The notes: generated from the sequence alone by a model not told the origin. 62,744 bases of DNA, filler included, from Asterionella formosa (GCA_002256025.1; 16 parts of 16 records of this genome joined end to end with filler, not necessarily neighbours in it); one strand, 5' to 3'; shown: positions 1 to 12,557, counted from the whole stretch's first letter. A program made the numbers and translations.

Positions 1-37
1 AGGCTTCACATTCAAATAATACAATCATGCCCCTGCC

Positions 38-961
38 ATGAAGAACAATGGAACAGTTGAACTGACAGTTGAACTGGAAGCAAACGACCATGAGGTTGCT
101 GTACAAGAAGATTTAAATTATGTCAATGAATTGATTCTAGGCGAACGTTACGAAGCGCTTTACGTGGTTGTCACGAATTGCCCACAAGAAGCTAGGAAGG
201 TCACACGGATCAATCTCCACAACCAAAAGACAAGTTCCTATCCTCTCCATCTTCTTTGTAAACGAAAAAATGTTCCTTTGGATGTTCTTCAGGCCTTTTT
301 GGATGCTGCGCCCGAAGCAGCCTGTACGGCGGACCCGATCTTTCACTCTCTTCCGATTCATGTGGCATGTCGGCACAACCTTCCGGCCCCTGCCATTCAG
401 CGCCTTATCAATGCCTTCCCCGAAAGTTTGACGATATCGGACATGGAAGGGAATCTTCCCATTCACTTGGCGTGCTCCATGAGTTCTTCAGATGTGGTTC
501 GTCTCGTTTCACCCAGCCACAGTCGGACGCGCTCGCACAAAAATCAAAAGAGACAAACGCCTCTTCACATGGCTTGTACCCGAGATAACATTGACATTGC
601 CATGTTACAGCATCTTGTTCAAATTTATCCCTCGGCATGTAAGGATCAAGATCGTCATGGACGCCTTCCTCTTCATGTCGCGTGCATGTGGAAGGCTGAC
701 ACAGTCGTTTTGAAACTATTGTTGGACGTTTTTCCTGGCGCCATGCGCCTTGACGATCTTCATAAACAAACCCCATACCGAATTCTTCGAAATAGGACTA
801 CTGATAAGGAACGGATTCAATTGTTTCGAATGTATCGACGAGCCAATGGGCCGTATGTCAATCGAGGCATGGATTCGATACAATTTGGTGCAGAAATGGT
901 GGCAGATGTGTTTTGTAGGAGGCATGCAGCGTTAGTCAACAAGAAAGTGGAGCTCAAGTGA
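38..961 (+). CDS. Ankyrin-repeat protein (diatom-type), 307 aa
   Basis: Repeated ankyrin motifs YPLHLLC, LPIHVAC, GNLPIHLAC, QTPLHMAC, GRLPLHVAC, each followed by LxxxxPxA-type helices; intact ATG-to-stop ORF. Confidence 0.9.
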   Translation: MKNNGTVELTVELEANDHEVAVQEDLNYVNELILGERYEALYVVVTNCPQEARKVTRINLHNQKTSSYPLHLLCKRKNVPLDVLQAFLDAAPEAACTADPIFHSLPIHVACRHNLPAPAIQRLINAFPESLTISDMEGNLPIHLACSMSSSDVVRLVSPSHSRTRSHKNQKRQTPLHMACTRDNIDIAMLQHLVQIYPSACKDQDRHGRLPLHVACMWKADTVVLKLLLDVFPGAMRLDDLHKQTPYRILRNRTTDKERIQLFRMYRRANGPYVNRGMDSIQFGAEMVADVFCRRHAALVNKKVELK

Positions 962-1243
962 TGAGTAATCGATTTTATACTTTACAGCACTAAGGACAAT
1001 TCTTATACACCATGTTTGAAGTTTAGAATAGGCCTTGTGAATAAGTGCCTACTTGTAGTTGGATGCCTCCTGATAACTATAGCGATGGAACCATTTGGTT
1101 GTGACTTGGAAATGCACCATTTACTATACTCGAACCGCATCGACTGGAAGGAGTATTTCATTTGGTAAGATTACATACGTGAGGGGATAGTGGCAAACAA
1201 AGGAGATACATCATGCCAGAAGCCTTTATTCGCTTGTCGTTTT

Positions 1244-2388
1244 TCACGTTTTTGGACGTTTGTTGCTGGCCTCCTCGTCCGTCACCACCAACCTACTATG
1301 CATCAACTTGGTCATTCCTTCTCGCAATGTTTGAGATGTCTTATTCCTGGCCTTGATGTCGCCTATCTCATAATAAATGTCACAAGTATCACTCTTTTTG
1401 AGGAATCGACCATGACGTTTGCGAATTTCCTTTACAATCGTTTTCGCAATGTTGGCCTTATAAATCTTCTTGACTGTTCCGTACTGCAGACGATAGTAAT
1501 CTACTATATTACGAAAGTGGATGTTGCCTTTTTAAACAAAAATACAAGAGATAGATAGATGAGCAACATAAGTGTCAACATGAGAAGTTCCTAACAATTC
1601 CCATTTGGACTTTCATGCTTCAATCAACGAGTTCATTTACAGGCAAGTACCGACGTACCTGGGTGAGCATTAGTTGCACCTCCCCTACCACACAAAATGT
1701 CCACGTCATTGATTTCATGTTCTGCAATAGGAAAAATCATTTCAGAATCTTCCTTGATGACAGGAAAGGACTCTCCATCTTCAAACATTGGATTAGATTC
1801 GGCGATTGGATTAGGAGGTGTTTGAATCACCTCCTTTACAGCTGGATGTAGTGTAACCAAACGCATCAAGCTCAGTGCTGCGTCAGATTTCGTTTCCTTC
1901 TTATTACTTTCCGGATCAAGTGTCGCTGCTGGATGATAATTGTGTGACATTGGAATATGCCATGCTGTAGGTGGAGTTTGTGGCCGTGTGGCTGGCGGTG
2001 TTGCGGCGGTGGTCGTGGGTTGAATGGGTGGCAGTGCCGCTTGATACGCTTGTGGAAATGGTGTGAATACCATGGGCTGCTGCGGAACCAAAACATATTG
2101 TGCAGGACGAATCATGAGAGGCTGCATTCCGTGAGAAATAGCCATCATGGGATATCCTGGATGAAATATTGGTCTCTGCATAGTCATTAATGTGGTATTG
2201 TTGGGGGTATGAGCGTGTGCTGTTGCTGGGGGATCATGATTGAGTGACACAACACCAACGCCTCGTGGAGTTGGAGCTTCAACAGGGTCATCAAATTGAC
2301 CTTCCAACACGATGGTGCCGTTGCTAATTCCAGAACGACGATTCTTCAATGGGGACACAGCGCGCATTTCAGGACGTGACACCATCAT
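1244..2388 (-). CDS. DUF6824-domain protein, two exons (2388-1659 and 1527-1244; intron 1658-1528)
   Basis: Exon 1 ends DILCGRGGATNAHPG at donor CAG|GTACGT. After acceptor TTTAAAAAG|, exon 2 reads NIHFRNIVDYYRLQY...IVKEIRKRHGRFLKK...YEIGDIKARNKTSQTLRE...KRPKT*, which completes the DUF6824 consensus. N-terminus is Pro/Gln-rich; the start codon is uncertain. Confidence 0.88.
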
Positions 2389-3838
2389 CCCTCAACAACA
2401 AACACTGCCCACGAGTGAAACTGATTAAATCGTTGCGTCCGTCGCTGTGTGTTATTCGAGCAATGGTGATGATCGGTCAGCAACAACAACGCGAATGCCT
2501 CTCAATTGAGCAATCACGTCGTTGTGCAAGAATCCCAATCACCACTCGTCTTTCTCTGGTATCCCCAACTGCGACTGGACAATGGTGGTCCCGATATATA
2601 GATATACAGGAGGTCCCGGTAATTACACTCGTTTTTCCGTCTTGCGTTAGTCTCGCAGGCAATATTCTCGGATGTTATTAACGCAACACCAGATGAATTA
2701 TGCTAAACGAGAAAGGAACACATAAGGTCGAAAAGGACAATGGAATAAACCACAAGGTACCTGGTACCATAAGGGGAGGAAAAGGGATGGAATGTTGGAG
2801 TAACTGTTATTTATCACAGCCCCAAAGAATGGCAACAACTGCCTCGATCGCAAGCTCGGCCGGTCCGGGATCCATGCCTTCTATTGCCCCAATGTTTAGT
2901 TACATCGAGTCTTGAGTTGACGAGTCAAATACCGTACGTGCTTGTTCAAGTTTCAATTTTTTACTCCGTATGTACCGGTACCCCCCCTGGTACACAATTA
3001 TGTATGGTATTTGCATCGAAATGTTATATAAATATATCATACCGGTACATTTATTCCATACCAAGTCCGTAAAGTGTTTTCATGATATGAACTGGTACCG
3101 GTATAATCGAACGAACAATGTATGTACCGGTAGTGCTCCTTCCAGCAACAAAGTTAATTGTTTAGAGGTATTCTACGGATGTCATAACCCTCTTGTACAC
3201 ATGCATACCGGGATTACCTGGAGTAACAGGTACAGTATTGGTACTGGTACCAGTAATGCTTATGGTACGGTTCTTGCGGCCCCAAACGTAACCCTGGTTT
3301 GGATGATCGCTAAGATAGGGTTGTAAAACTGATGTGGAACAGGGAATTCATTTCTGTGTATTCCCATGATGCAAGTATCTGACTGAATACAGTATTTAAG
3401 GTTCCTGCATTTCAACCCTAAGGCAAAAATTGAAAAATTGCTTAGGGTTGCCGAAATTCCCTGGAACTAAGAACTTTTATGAGCTATTTTAAAATGACAT
3501 GATTCCATTTGAAGTATTCAAATCATTGGAAATTTGCGCGTATATGCATAGATTCCTTTTCGAATTCGGTAAATATATAGATATAGATTGTACATCTCTC
3601 TATATACTGTTTTACGCTCTAGACACCGATTGACAGTTTATGTGTCATACGACCCAGCGGCTTGGCAAATATTTGAAGTGCACTCTCATAGTGGTATGCG
3701 TGTGTCAAATGATCATCATCTATCATTACCCGTAGTTGATATGGTAACAGATACCGGGGAACCGGCGATCACCCAAGAAATTTTTAAATGTGTATCCAGG
3801 AGTGTGGCCGGTGTGTGTTTGCAAGACCTCGCAAACCG

Positions 3839-3938
3839 NNNNNNNNNNNNNNNNNNNNNNNNNNNNNNNNNNNNNNNNNNNNTTAATTAATTAANNNNNN
3901 NNNNNNNNNNNNNNNNNNNNNNNNNNNNNNNNNNNNNN
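3839..3938. other. Artificial contig spacer N44-TTAATTAATTAA-N44 (first of 15)
   Basis: Identical 100-bp spacers with stops in all six frames also at 7776, 11713, 15648, 19582, 23514, 27443, 31373, 35299, 39222, 43145, 47066, 50987, 54908 and 58828. Confidence 0.99.
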
Positions 3939-4099
3939 TGAGATCATCCAATCTCATCATTACTCAGGACATTTTAGTTTGTGAAAACCTTCTAATAACT
4001 TAACTAGTATGTGAAACTATATTAGTTAAGAATATTTATATTATATTTGTGTATTTATCAACGTTTGCTTGTTAGTTTTTGGTCCCACCCGATTGATTT

Positions 4100-7000
4100 C
4101 CATAAATGACGTGGAGGCATGGCAACATAAAATTATCTTTCCGTATCTGTTCCAAAACTTCTTGCGGTTTCAGAGATTTCATTGGCTTGATTCCTGTGGC
4201 TTCAAAGCAGGAACAACAAATGCTGCCGAAAATATGTTATGAAATTCAACAACGCTCAATTCAGTTGTATCATTGCATAAGGTGTCTCCTCTTGCAAAAA
4301 ACATATGCTTATGAATTTTCATTTCAGTTGAACTTTTCAAGGAACAAATACACGCTAAGAGAATGGTTGTTGTGTTGGAGAAATTAACATTTCCCCAAAT
4401 AAGTAGTTTTGCCGGAACTGTGTAGGAACTTGATCCATCTCCCTTCTCCCAGTTCACTTCGACCCAGTCAAACCATTCACGACCAGAGATTCCTGCCTTT
4501 GAATCATTATTCCATTTCGGATGACATCTTAAAATAGTAGTTTGGCCGGGAACGTTACTTTCAATTTTAACATGATAATAAAAGTCAATCCTTACAATGG
4601 AAACAGGCCCAACCCCATCTTCAAGACTTTTTTTCTTGCTATTTCTATTGCTGAATTCGCAATGCTCTTTACGTAGTTGGCCCCCTTCGGTAAATCAGGG
4701 TGAACCAATGATTGAGACAAGGGTGCATCCTTACTCCGTGATACATGCCCAATCTTATAAGGGACATCTGCTATAGTCCATAGACCATTTGATGATGAAG
4801 CAGAGAATTGAACTTTAACAGGAAGGGCTGGTGAATGGATTTTGGTAGGCGATATTCCCAAATTTTCAGGCGACCTACTAGCCAACATCATTGTATCCGG
4901 AATCATTCCCTCGAAATCAATTTATGTTGAAATACCCTCAGTAAAATTCATATGTACTACTTTACTCATCTTCTTTTGTTGGTTTTCTGTATTTAATGTA
5001 TCACTTGCAAAAATAATTTTTCGTGCCAAGGAAAACTGCCTTGTTTCATATGAGCTTGTTAAAATGTCATGCTTTAATCGATGTAATTGTCCATTGACAC
5101 GCTTACTGGGTCGTTTCAATTTGTCTTTCAAAAAAGACTCCAAATATACACCAAAGAAATTAAGAGAAGATCAGAGCGAACTTCCTAATCTGATGAGGGA
5201 AATGTTTCATTTCATGAAATTTTGCCATTCGTAAGCCAATTTGAGATATCATTTCCCATTGGGGACCAATCATAATCTTAGTAACTGACATAAATCTCTT
5301 AACCCTTTCCTCTAAAATATCAATACATGCTGATGTATACTGCGGTATGAATAAAGTGTCAACGATAGATATAGAAAACCATAACAGCAATGTGAAATCC
5401 TTTTCTAGGTGCATGTTCTCGGATCCCATCATTCCACCCATTGAAAAAATTGATAAAACAGACATAATCCGGGAATTTCTTGCCCTGACATTTTTGACAA
5501 AGCTGTCATCCTAGATCTGTATGACAATTTTGAAATATCACGATCGCTTTGCCTTTCCAAATGACTATTGATATATCTAGCACTTTGTTCGAAGTATAGT
5601 ATAGTTTCGAAAATACATTTCTGGTGCTGGTACAAGTGTTGGGTCTTGATTTTTGCCAGTGTAGATATTTTTGGTAACTGTTGCGTGTGTCCTTTTTGGT
5701 CTTTGCCCGTTTCTTCGGTTGCTCTTGATCAAGAAAAGCAGAGTCTGTTGTTTCAGTGATACATTTATGATCAGAGATGTTCTCTGGAACATCTGAAGAT
5801 TTTCTTTCTTTAAAAAAACATGTCCATTCTTCAGGGATAGTCCGATAATTGTAAAATGATTCCAAAAGGTACTTAAATATTCCAAGTAGTAATTGATGAA
5901 GAACCTCAAATGGAGTTGCACCAAATAATCCTTATAAGTCACCACCAAAAAATGATTTATTAGTGCAGGCATAAAAGGATTATGCGATATAACACAGCAC
6001 CACTCATTTCTTGTTGCGTAGGTCTATTTGCCATTAGATTGGGAGACGCAATACTCAGGTAGGATACATGGTAACTTTCCATCGGGATATGCATTTTTGT
6101 CAAGAAATTTGTTTAAAAACTTTTTAGCATCTGTGACACTTTACGACGTTCACATCCAATATCAGGATTATCAGCATCCTCAGTTGAAACCAGGCAATCA
6201 CGACAAACATATTGTCAATATAATCCATTACCACCAATGATCATTCTAATCTGGAAATAAACTTTTGTCATACCAAGACCATGAACCCAAATATCGTATG
6301 ACTTGTTTGGATCGCTCTTCGAAAGGCGACAATAGAAATCCTGTAACAGAATGGTATAATTTGAGTCGACATAAGGATAAGTTGTCACCAGATAACTTAT
6401 TATTCATTTGTTTCCTTCTCCAGATCACTGACTTCAATGTCTGGCGAAAGAGATACCAATTGCCATCCATCAACTTTTTCATTCCTTCATTGTCAACAAA
6501 AACGGATGCTCGGAATGTTTCATTTGTTTATCAATAGGTGAACCATCACTGAAAACTGCTAGGGCAACAAATGAACACCCTTACTTGCCTTCAACACTCC
6601 ATTTTCTGATGCAGGAGAATTGTTGAATGCATTTTCAAACCAAGTCGCGGAAGTTCATTGCTTTGACCTTGAACAGCCATTTCATTAGATGATCAAAGTA
6701 AACTGGGGGAAGGTAATTCTCGTTAAGGAATAACATGAGTTCTAATTCGATTGGATGCGCGCATTTTTAGGGAATGTATACTTGGAAGTTGAAATTGAGG
6801 AGGAAGGGGCATTTCCATTGCATTTTCAGGGAGAAAGCCGGTGTGATCTTGGAAATCTGAATATTGCATGGTCTCTGAATTCAATCCTTGGAGAGTTTTT
6901 CGTCTCAATTGTTCGTCTTGTTGTGACTGAATATTGTTATAAACTGAATCATCGCTGTATTCATGAAATGGATGATTGTGGCCACTTGATTCAAGGAAAG

Positions 7001-7775
7001 GACACATAATCTCTTCTTGTTATCTACTCTCCCTAAATGCTGCAGCAGTTACACTGCCATCATTAACTTCTTTCCTTGAATGATTCGATGCACTACCGCA
7101 ATACATAGTTTCATTATGTATTCCAGGAACTCGATGATGTTCTTGCATGCAATGTCGACAGTGACCATATGCATAAAAAAACACGGTTGCTACAATTTCG
7201 ATTGTGAGACTCAGATGGGGATTTGTTCTTCCGAAATTTGTAGTTACACAGATAACACAATTGCAATGTCTGCAAAGACATTGCAAATTTCAAATGATGA
7301 CAAAGTCAGGATATGAACAGGATAGAATAAAAATGAATCATTAATAATAAATTTAGCATCACTCCGATCATGCTGTCCTGGACAATACAGAGTCGTGAAA
7401 TTATGACTACACCATAGTAGTAAAAATGGAGGTATACCGCTACATACAGTACAGGCGCCAATACTAGTAGTATAGAGGAACATCAATGTTTTCCTAGCAT
7501 CTATGATATGCTCTGTGCATTGTAGAAGTCTCACACTAACTATATTTATTATGTAACTACTAAGTATGCATTGGATTCTATTAGATCCATTCAAAATAAA
7601 CGTCGTCATCAATGTCCTGTTGATTAATGCGTTCATTGTAATCAATATTCTTCTCAGGAACATTTGGTTGGAGTGCGTGGTTCAACATATTGATGCATAT
7701 CCTCTTCACTTACATTGGGAAATGAGAGGTATAAGTGTGGGTAGATGATATTTGTGGTGGAAGTAGGGGGTAGCA
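4100..7775 (-). mobile_element. Degenerate Plavaka-like (CMC/CACTA-related) DNA transposon; transposase pseudogene plus end of the upstream ORF
   Basis: Fragmented minus-strand motifs in the expected order: VALAVFSDGSPID, KLYHSVTGFLLSP, VCRDCLVS, KMSGQEIPGL, KFHEMKHFPHQIRKF, ESFLKDKLKRPSKRVN, ILRCHPKW...WFDWVEVNW...VPAKLL. 6500-7775 is the reverse complement of about 29790-31370. Left boundary is approximate. Confidence 0.72.
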
Positions 7776-7875
7776 NNNNNNNNNNNNNNNNNNNNNNNNN
7801 NNNNNNNNNNNNNNNNNNNTTAATTAATTAANNNNNNNNNNNNNNNNNNNNNNNNNNNNNNNNNNNNNNNNNNNN

Positions 7876-8394
7876 CAAATTGACGTCGCCGTAGTTTATT
7901 ATTTGTGGCGTGAATTCAAGTGGATTTCCAAGGCCAGTGTCTTGATGTTGCCTGGCGTTGGTCAAATCATGTATCTAGCCAACCACGTTTTTATCAAACG
8001 AACTGGAAAGAACAAGTCAAGTATTAGCATGCTTTACGAGAAGTCAAATAAGGCTGTGCAGAGTGGAACACCCATGTTTTTCTTTCCTCAGGGGACAAGA
8101 CGAATGGCCGAGAAATTGGAGTTCAAGGCTGGAGCCTTCAATGTCGCGATGGAAAATAAGTCTTGTTTGGTTCCTGTTTCCATTGAAATCCCCTTGGATG
8201 CGTGGAACCGATTATATCCGCTGTCATTGCTATGGGGAGAAACATCAAAACCAGTCATTTTGACTGTTCACAAGGTAATTCCGGTAAAAGGCGACGAAGA
8301 TAGAGATGCCTTGATGAAGCAATGCATGGACACAATCTACTCGGTCTTGCCTCCAGTTCCGGGGATTGAAGTTGAAAGTAAGAAAGGCAAGTAG
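7876..8394 (+). CDS. 1-acyl-sn-glycerol-3-phosphate acyltransferase (PlsC/LPAAT family), 5'-truncated by contig end
   Basis: FKWISKASV, HVFIKR, FFFPQGTRR, FKAGAF, LVPVSI match acyltransferase blocks II-IV; only the Asp end of block I is on the contig. Confidence 0.88.
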   Translation, partial: QIDVAVVYYLWREFKWISKASVLMLPGVGQIMYLANHVFIKRTGKNKSSISMLYEKSNKAVQSGTPMFFFPQGTRRMAEKLEFKAGAFNVAMENKSCLVPVSIEIPLDAWNRLYPLSLLWGETSKPVILTVHKVIPVKGDEDRDALMKQCMDTIYSVLPPVPGIEVESKKGK

Positions 8395-8685
8395 GCTACA
8401 GTGGCAAAAATTTTGGTTTGTGATGAGACCTTTCCCGGATGTATAGAAGCTTAAACACGATACATATGATACCGGTTTAACTGGTCTATTTCCAATCTAG
8501 TTCCCACACAGACTGGCTCACACTGTGGCGCGATTATCTCGTCCAATTGGGCTTGGACGATAACTGGAGAATATTAAAAGGATGTTGATGATACAGTATA
8601 GAAATCTGGATTGTTCATTAGTCGTTATTCTACATTTAACATGGATAAATTCTTTGTCATGGAAACCCTATAGAGTTCCTGGTAG

Positions 8686-9123
8686 CTACTGAGCGGGTAG
8701 AATAGATGCAGCAGTTGAACGTGGCAACGTTACATGTACGGTCCTGCGAGATTGCACTCCACACAAAGGAATAGAGGTATCATCCGACATGGGCATAGCC
8801 GCAGCTACACCTTCAGCGGGGACTTCCAAGCTAGGGTTCGTTGGTCGCGCTCGCAAAGAATCACCCAATATAAGTCCAACTCCGACACCCAGGCCAAATA
8901 TTGTAACTGCAGCGTTCATTAATGTTTTTATTGCTTTCCCAAAAAGCCGAAAGTACCTGCTGACGACAAGTGTTGCACTAGTGGGACCAATGTGGCGGCT
9001 TGGGGTCGACTGGAAATTCGTGTCCAAATCGCCTTCGATTTGTGGATCGTTGTGATGTTGACTAGTAGAGATGTCTGCGCTTGTATGTTCTTTCGCGCTT
9101 GTTTCAATAGGTTGGTTATACAT
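8686..9123 (-). CDS. Hypothetical 145-aa protein with one hydrophobic segment
   Basis: ATG-initiated ORF in a gene-dense contig; TM-like segment AAVTIFGLGVGVGLILG; no recognised domain. Confidence 0.5.
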   Translation of the reverse strand: MYNQPIETSAKEHTSADISTSQHHNDPQIEGDLDTNFQSTPSRHIGPTSATLVVSRYFRLFGKAIKTLMNAAVTIFGLGVGVGLILGDSLRARPTNPSLEVPAEGVAAAMPMSDDTSIPLCGVQSRRTVHVTLPRSTAASILPAQ

Positions 9124-9609
9124 AAAGGAACCGAGTTAAGTGCTCAAGCCTTCGTTTAATGTCGTTCCTGTGGCGAGGAGACGATTTGAGTGACTCAAAA
9201 ATGATTTTGTGTAACTTTCGTTTCTTTGACAAGCATACGTTCAACGTTGGTGTCTGAGTTTCCCTTGTATCGGTTTAATGAGACGGTCGACCTTTCAATT
9301 CTCGTGTTTGAGTCAACCTGAACGGCCGATGGTGGAGGTTATGTTCCAGTGAGTAGCTCCTGAATGGTAGGAGTACCAAAAACAACATCAACTGCAAAAT
9401 GTTATCACCGTATGTACGGTACTAGAACTTTTGCACTTGCTCTGTGCATGTGCGTATGCAGCATCAGGTATCAGGTTCTCCAATTAAATTTTTTAAGGTG
9501 ACGGTAATGATGTCAAGGCGAATGTTTTGGCGAAGCAGGGCACCCAAATGCTGAGGTGCGTTGATACACGGAGTATCAGAGACCCGGATTTAGACGCTCT
9601 ATTTACTAC

Positions 9610-10188
9610 NNNNNNNNNNNNNNNNNNNNNNNNNNNNNNNNNNNNNNNNNNNNNNNNNNNNNNNNNNNNNNNNNNNNNNNNNNNNNNNNNNNNNNNNNNN
9701 NNNNNNNNNNNNNNNNNNNNNNNNNNNNNNNNNNNNNNNNNNNNNNNNNNNNNNNNNNNNNNNNNNNNNNNNNNNNNNNNNNNNNNNNNNNNNNNNNNNN
9801 NNNNNNNNNNNNNNNNNNNNNNNNNNNNNNNNNNNNNNNNNNNNNNNNNNNNNNNNNNNNNNNNNNNNNNNNNNNNNNNNNNNNNNNNNNNNNNNNNNNN
9901 NNNNNNNNNNNNNNNNNNNNNNNNNNNNNNNNNNNNNNNNNNNNNNNNNNNNNNNNNNNNNNNNNNNNNNNNNNNNNNNNNNNNNNNNNNNNNNNNNNNN
10001 NNNNNNNNNNNNNNNNNNNNNNNNNNNNNNNNNNNNNNNNNNNNNNNNNNNNNNNNNNNNNNNNNNNNNNNNNNNNNNNNNNNNNNNNNNNNNNNNNNNN
10101 NNNNNNNNNNNNNNNNNNNNNNNNNNNNNNNNNNNNNNNNNNNNNNNNNNNNNNNNNNNNNNNNNNNNNNNNNNNNNNNNNNNNNNNN
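9610..10188. other. Scaffold gap (579 N)
   Basis: N run without the TTAA spacer core. Confidence 0.97.
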
Positions 10189-10377
10189 CATGGATCATCA
10201 CCATCGTCATCTCAGACAAAACAAATGCACCTCACTGGCTCATTTCTTGGAAGGTCAAGAATGTTTTGCGGCTCCCTCTGCTTTTTCCGCAGTATTTTCA
10301 AGCTAAAGCTAGTTGGCAACAGATATGTGCTAATTCGAAGGCTCAAGAGTAGGTTACCAGGGATCTAGCTAGCAGTC

Positions 10378-11661
10378 TTACTTCTTCTGCTTGCACCCTT
10401 GCCTCATAATTAGAGTTGCTCCGACAGCAGCCGCAGCCATCAGTGCACCAAACAGAACACGACTTGCTCGACTATTTCTCTTTTGACGCATTTCGGCTCT
10501 TGGAAATAGCAATGGATCAATCCATAGAACTCCTTCTCGCCCTACGGAGGATCGCAGACATGTAAAGGTCCATTGATGAGCACCCCCCTTCTCGAGGGAA
10601 TCTTGAATCTTTCTTGATAGTTCTGAGTCACAACCTGGCTTAAGCACCGTCATGGAACACCCTCCTCCCCCGGCTCCGGTCAGTTTGGTAGCAGCATCAC
10701 CTTGTGCGACAACGTTTACCAGCTCACAGATGCAATCCAGACTTGGATGCGATACGCCCACTGCTCGCAACAAGTGTTGGTTTGTCCTCACCAACGTTAA
10801 AATAAGTTCTCCTTTACATCGAATGTCCCTAAAATCTCTAAATTGTTTAGCGATTGCTCCCATAGCTCCCAGAATGGAATCCACGACAGCAGGATGGTCG
10901 TCTTTCATTGCCTTGACCCTAGCTACCATGGCCATTGTTGACCTAGCCACGTGAGTATTGGTCAATACCATGTCGAGCGTCGGCATGGCGAAGTGACTCA
11001 TGGTGACTATTCCCTGTAATTTGGTAAATTCAATGGCGCCTCCAAATGTGGAGACTGAATTATCGATACCAGAAGGTGTGCCATGAAGTAGTGTTTCCGA
11101 ATAGAAGGCATATTGATTAATCAGCTCCAATTGATCTGTAGTGGGCCTTCCTAGACCGGGAGGTCTCTGAAGAGTGATACCAATCAAAGCAGAAGTTGCA
11201 GCCACTGAAAAGGCAGCGCTGGAACCCAAACCTGCTCCAACTGGAAGCGCTTGCGACCTGACCTCCACTTCAAGGCCGTGATCCAAATGACTTGGCGCAA
11301 TGATATTGATAAGATAAATGAGAGGAGTCAGAGCAGATAGAACCATCTCATCTAAACCCCCGTTCGATATCATGATGTGTTTGTGAATAGTGGCCTCATC
11401 TTCCTTGGTAGGGGGTTGATGCAACGAAGGTATCTGGATCGACGTGGAAAGAAAGCTAACATTCACTGGAATGGGCAGGTCGAGCATTTTGACGGTGACC
11501 TTGTTGCTCTGATGTTTCGGCGTCACCTTAACAAAAATTCTAAGATCTGAGAGGGATGCAGCCACAGCAGGATGGCCATACACAACTGCATGCTCACCAA
11601 ACAAAATTACTTTTCCGGGCGCTGATGCGCAAACTGCATGAAGATTGTCATCACGAGACAT
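10378..11661 (-). CDS. MVK: Mevalonate kinase (GHMP family)
   Basis: SAPGKVILFGEHAVVYG, LPVGAGLGSSAA, HGTPSGIDN, KLTGAGGGGC. First ATG is at 11661, but the frame stays open to the contig end at 11712. Confidence 0.95.
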   Translation of the reverse strand: MSRDDNLHAVCASAPGKVILFGEHAVVYGHPAVAASLSDLRIFVKVTPKHQSNKVTVKMLDLPIPVNVSFLSTSIQIPSLHQPPTKEDEATIHKHIMISNGGLDEMVLSALTPLIYLINIIAPSHLDHGLEVEVRSQALPVGAGLGSSAAFSVAATSALIGITLQRPPGLGRPTTDQLELINQYAFYSETLLHGTPSGIDNSVSTFGGAIEFTKLQGIVTMSHFAMPTLDMVLTNTHVARSTMAMVARVKAMKDDHPAVVDSILGAMGAIAKQFRDFRDIRCKGELILTLVRTNQHLLRAVGVSHPSLDCICELVNVVAQGDAATKLTGAGGGGCSMTVLKPGCDSELSRKIQDSLEKGGAHQWTFTCLRSSVGREGVLWIDPLLFPRAEMRQKRNSRASRVLFGALMAAAAVGATLIMRQGCKQKK

Positions 11662-11812
11662 CTTCTCCTTTCCCTTAGATTTCGACAAGCCAGTACCTGA
11701 ATCCCTCTTCTTNNNNNNNNNNNNNNNNNNNNNNNNNNNNNNNNNNNNNNNNNNNNTTAATTAATTAANNNNNNNNNNNNNNNNNNNNNNNNNNNNNNNN
11801 NNNNNNNNNNNN

Positions 11813-12557
11813 GTGTCCACTCTGATTTTCCAGATTTTCTTCGTTTTGAAACAGGATTGGAAATTTCTTTGGTAATCAACATAAGATTTCCATTCCAGTC
11901 ATCTTTCCATCCTTCATCGGCCACGTTTGGATCCAGTTGAAGGGCAAGTTCAAGCTCTTCTATCTCAGTTTGGTTCAACTTTGGCAAAATTCCAACGGAT
12001 CGTGGCAATTCGTCCAGTTTCACGTAAATCGAAACTGTCTCGGGCAAGTCGTCTACCTCATCGCTAGCTACTGCAGTATAGCTTGATGTTACTGTCGACC
12101 CGGCAGAGTTATTCACTGGCAATGAGATTGAAATTTTCTCCATCACTGGCTGCTCAATTTCAGCTTTCCCATTCGACGCAAGGCTGGTGGTATCCATGCC
12201 TTGGGCAGAATTTAATTCTCCCGATGGAACAGTGCTGTTCAAGCTGGGAACTAATAGCTCAGAAAAGACTGAGGGTTGACTTGATACCAGTAAATGATTA
12301 GTTTGCAAAGAACTGCTACCAATTGCTTCTTCAACAGCATTTTCAATATCCATGTTAAGAAATTGGCAAGCCGTGTCCTTGAGTTCAACTGCTAACGCTG
12401 GCTTCGATTCTTGGTACTCGATCAAAACTTTCGCCTTTTTCGTCGCTGGTTCATGACCAGTCGGATGGCTAGTAAAGGCTCCTGGTGGAATAGGTAAGTC
12501 GTCTTCACTGCTATCAATGACGATCGTGATACATCCTTCTTGGCCCTCTTGACTCAT
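11813..12557 (-). CDS. Hypothetical protein, N-terminal part (3'-truncated)
   Basis: About 248-codon ATG ORF with acidic/Ser-rich composition and an NLS-like KKAK; runs into the spacer. Confidence 0.65.

Noticed and set aside
3413..3450. Inverted repeat CAACCCTAAG...CTTAGGGTTG containing TTAGGG
   Set aside because: Single unit, not a telomeric array; possibly a transposon subterminal feature but unsupported.
3883..3894. TTAATTAATTAA as a biological repeat or CRISPR-like array
   Set aside because: Always centred in N44 flanks; synthetic spacer. ORFs ending LIN* or containing X runs are artefacts.
9399..10306. Possible spliced gene spanning the N gap
   Set aside because: Splice-like signals and a short open frame are present, but most of the sequence is missing and no domain is recognisable.
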